Part shown: positions 63,691 through 64,000 of the stretch, piece after piece
Layout of the letters: the number at the start of each line of letters is the position of its first letter
Position numbering within the stretch: position 1 is the stretch's first letter
Source: an uncultured Alphaproteobacteria bacterium
GTDB lineage: Bacteria; Pseudomonadota; Alphaproteobacteria; Rs-D84
DNA: 64,000 nucleotides
Direction: 5' to 3'
Assembly: GCA_944392595.1 (NCBI GenBank)
Contig: CALXXD010000002.1
Location: forward strand, 65,027-129,026
Notes under the pieces: generated by a model
What the model was told of the DNA's origin: nothing
What the model saw: the letters and a program-made list of their open reading frames with translations, nothing else
Databases searched by the model: none
Program-made: the position numbers and the translations under genes

Positions 63691-63999
63691 TTAATCACCC
63701 ACGCTTGCATTTGTTGGAATTTGTAAATTTTGATCTGGGAAAATCAAGTTTGGATTTTCGATATTATTGCGATCTGCGATAATGCTGAACAAAACACCAC
63801 GACGCAGGAAATTACGCGCAATAATCCACAAACAATCCCCGCGACGCACTGTATAGAAAGTGTCATCATCGCCGGTCATATTCGGCATTTCGAATTTATG
63901 TGTAACTTCGGCAATAGTACGCCCATCGCCATCATGCAAACGCACAGTCAATTTATATTCTGCGCCCGGCGTTAATTTATTATCAACATCTGCGCCCAA
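63691..63999 (-). CDS. LysM domain protein (5' end beyond the window)
   Basis: YTVRRGDCLWIIARNF...NIENPNLIFPDQNLQIP is a LysM motif. The ORF is open to the window edge, so the TTG at 63999 is probably not the real start. Confidence 0.6.
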   Translation of the reverse strand: MGADVDNKLTPGAEYKLTVRLHDGDGRTIAEVTHKFEMPNMTGDDDTFYTVRRGDCLWIIARNFLRRGVLFSIIADRNNIENPNLIFPDQNLQIPTNASVGD

Positions 64000-64000
64000 T

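Overview
This 64-kb segment reads as an alphaproteobacterial chromosome. The lineage call rests on a circularly permuted two-piece tmRNA gene, DUF1013 and DUF2155 proteins, AddA, and long-tailed L25 and S16. The backbone is dense housekeeping: dnaK, rplY, rsmD, tadA, gpmI, cysS, rpoD, a tmk-like gene, tsaB-rimI, obg, rubrerythrin, prfB with the canonical +1 frameshift, amiC, peroxiredoxin, ihfB, a fused accD-accA, addA, recN, xseA, tsaD, rpsP-rimM-trmD-rplS and gdh. There are five tRNAs: Ser-GCU, Met/Ile2-CAU, Arg-CCG, Ser-CGA and Gly-CCC. Many rho-independent terminators are visible. No rRNA, CRISPR array, transposase, integrase or recognisable defence operon was found.

Accessory or unusual content sits between the backbone genes:
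1. A roughly 2,460-aa secreted, extremely cysteine-rich repeat protein with VSP/furin-like CxxC..CPxGxYC modules and four Listeria-Bacteroides (Flg_new) repeats.
2. Two inverted copies of a GC-rich, multi-hairpin intergenic element that ends in GAGTWAC heptamers.
3. Two tRNA genes (Arg, Gly) whose 3' end plus terminator is directly repeated around short structured inserts.
4. An AT-rich islet next to tRNA-Ser(CGA). It holds a 5'-truncated L,D-transpeptidase-fold (Tlde1/YkuD-like) gene remnant, a small multi-TM protein, a 40-bp direct repeat, a GH108 muramidase and a lipoprotein.
5. A 104-bp, 97%-identical inverted repeat pair that duplicates the 3' end of an ATL gene. It brackets 7.3 kb, including an orphan two-gene secreted/membrane module (310 aa and 1,141 aa).
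6. A Lon homologue that stops exactly where the protease domain should begin.
7. An AddA whose nuclease domain is a separate, overlapping ORF.
8. An attenuator-like leader upstream of a PAP2 phosphatase.
9. Two tandem paralogues with a Cys-His-Asp signature.
10. Three small Cys-rich ORFs inserted into the rpsP-rimM-trmD-rplS operon.

All calls were made by eye from the sequence and the translations. No database search was run.
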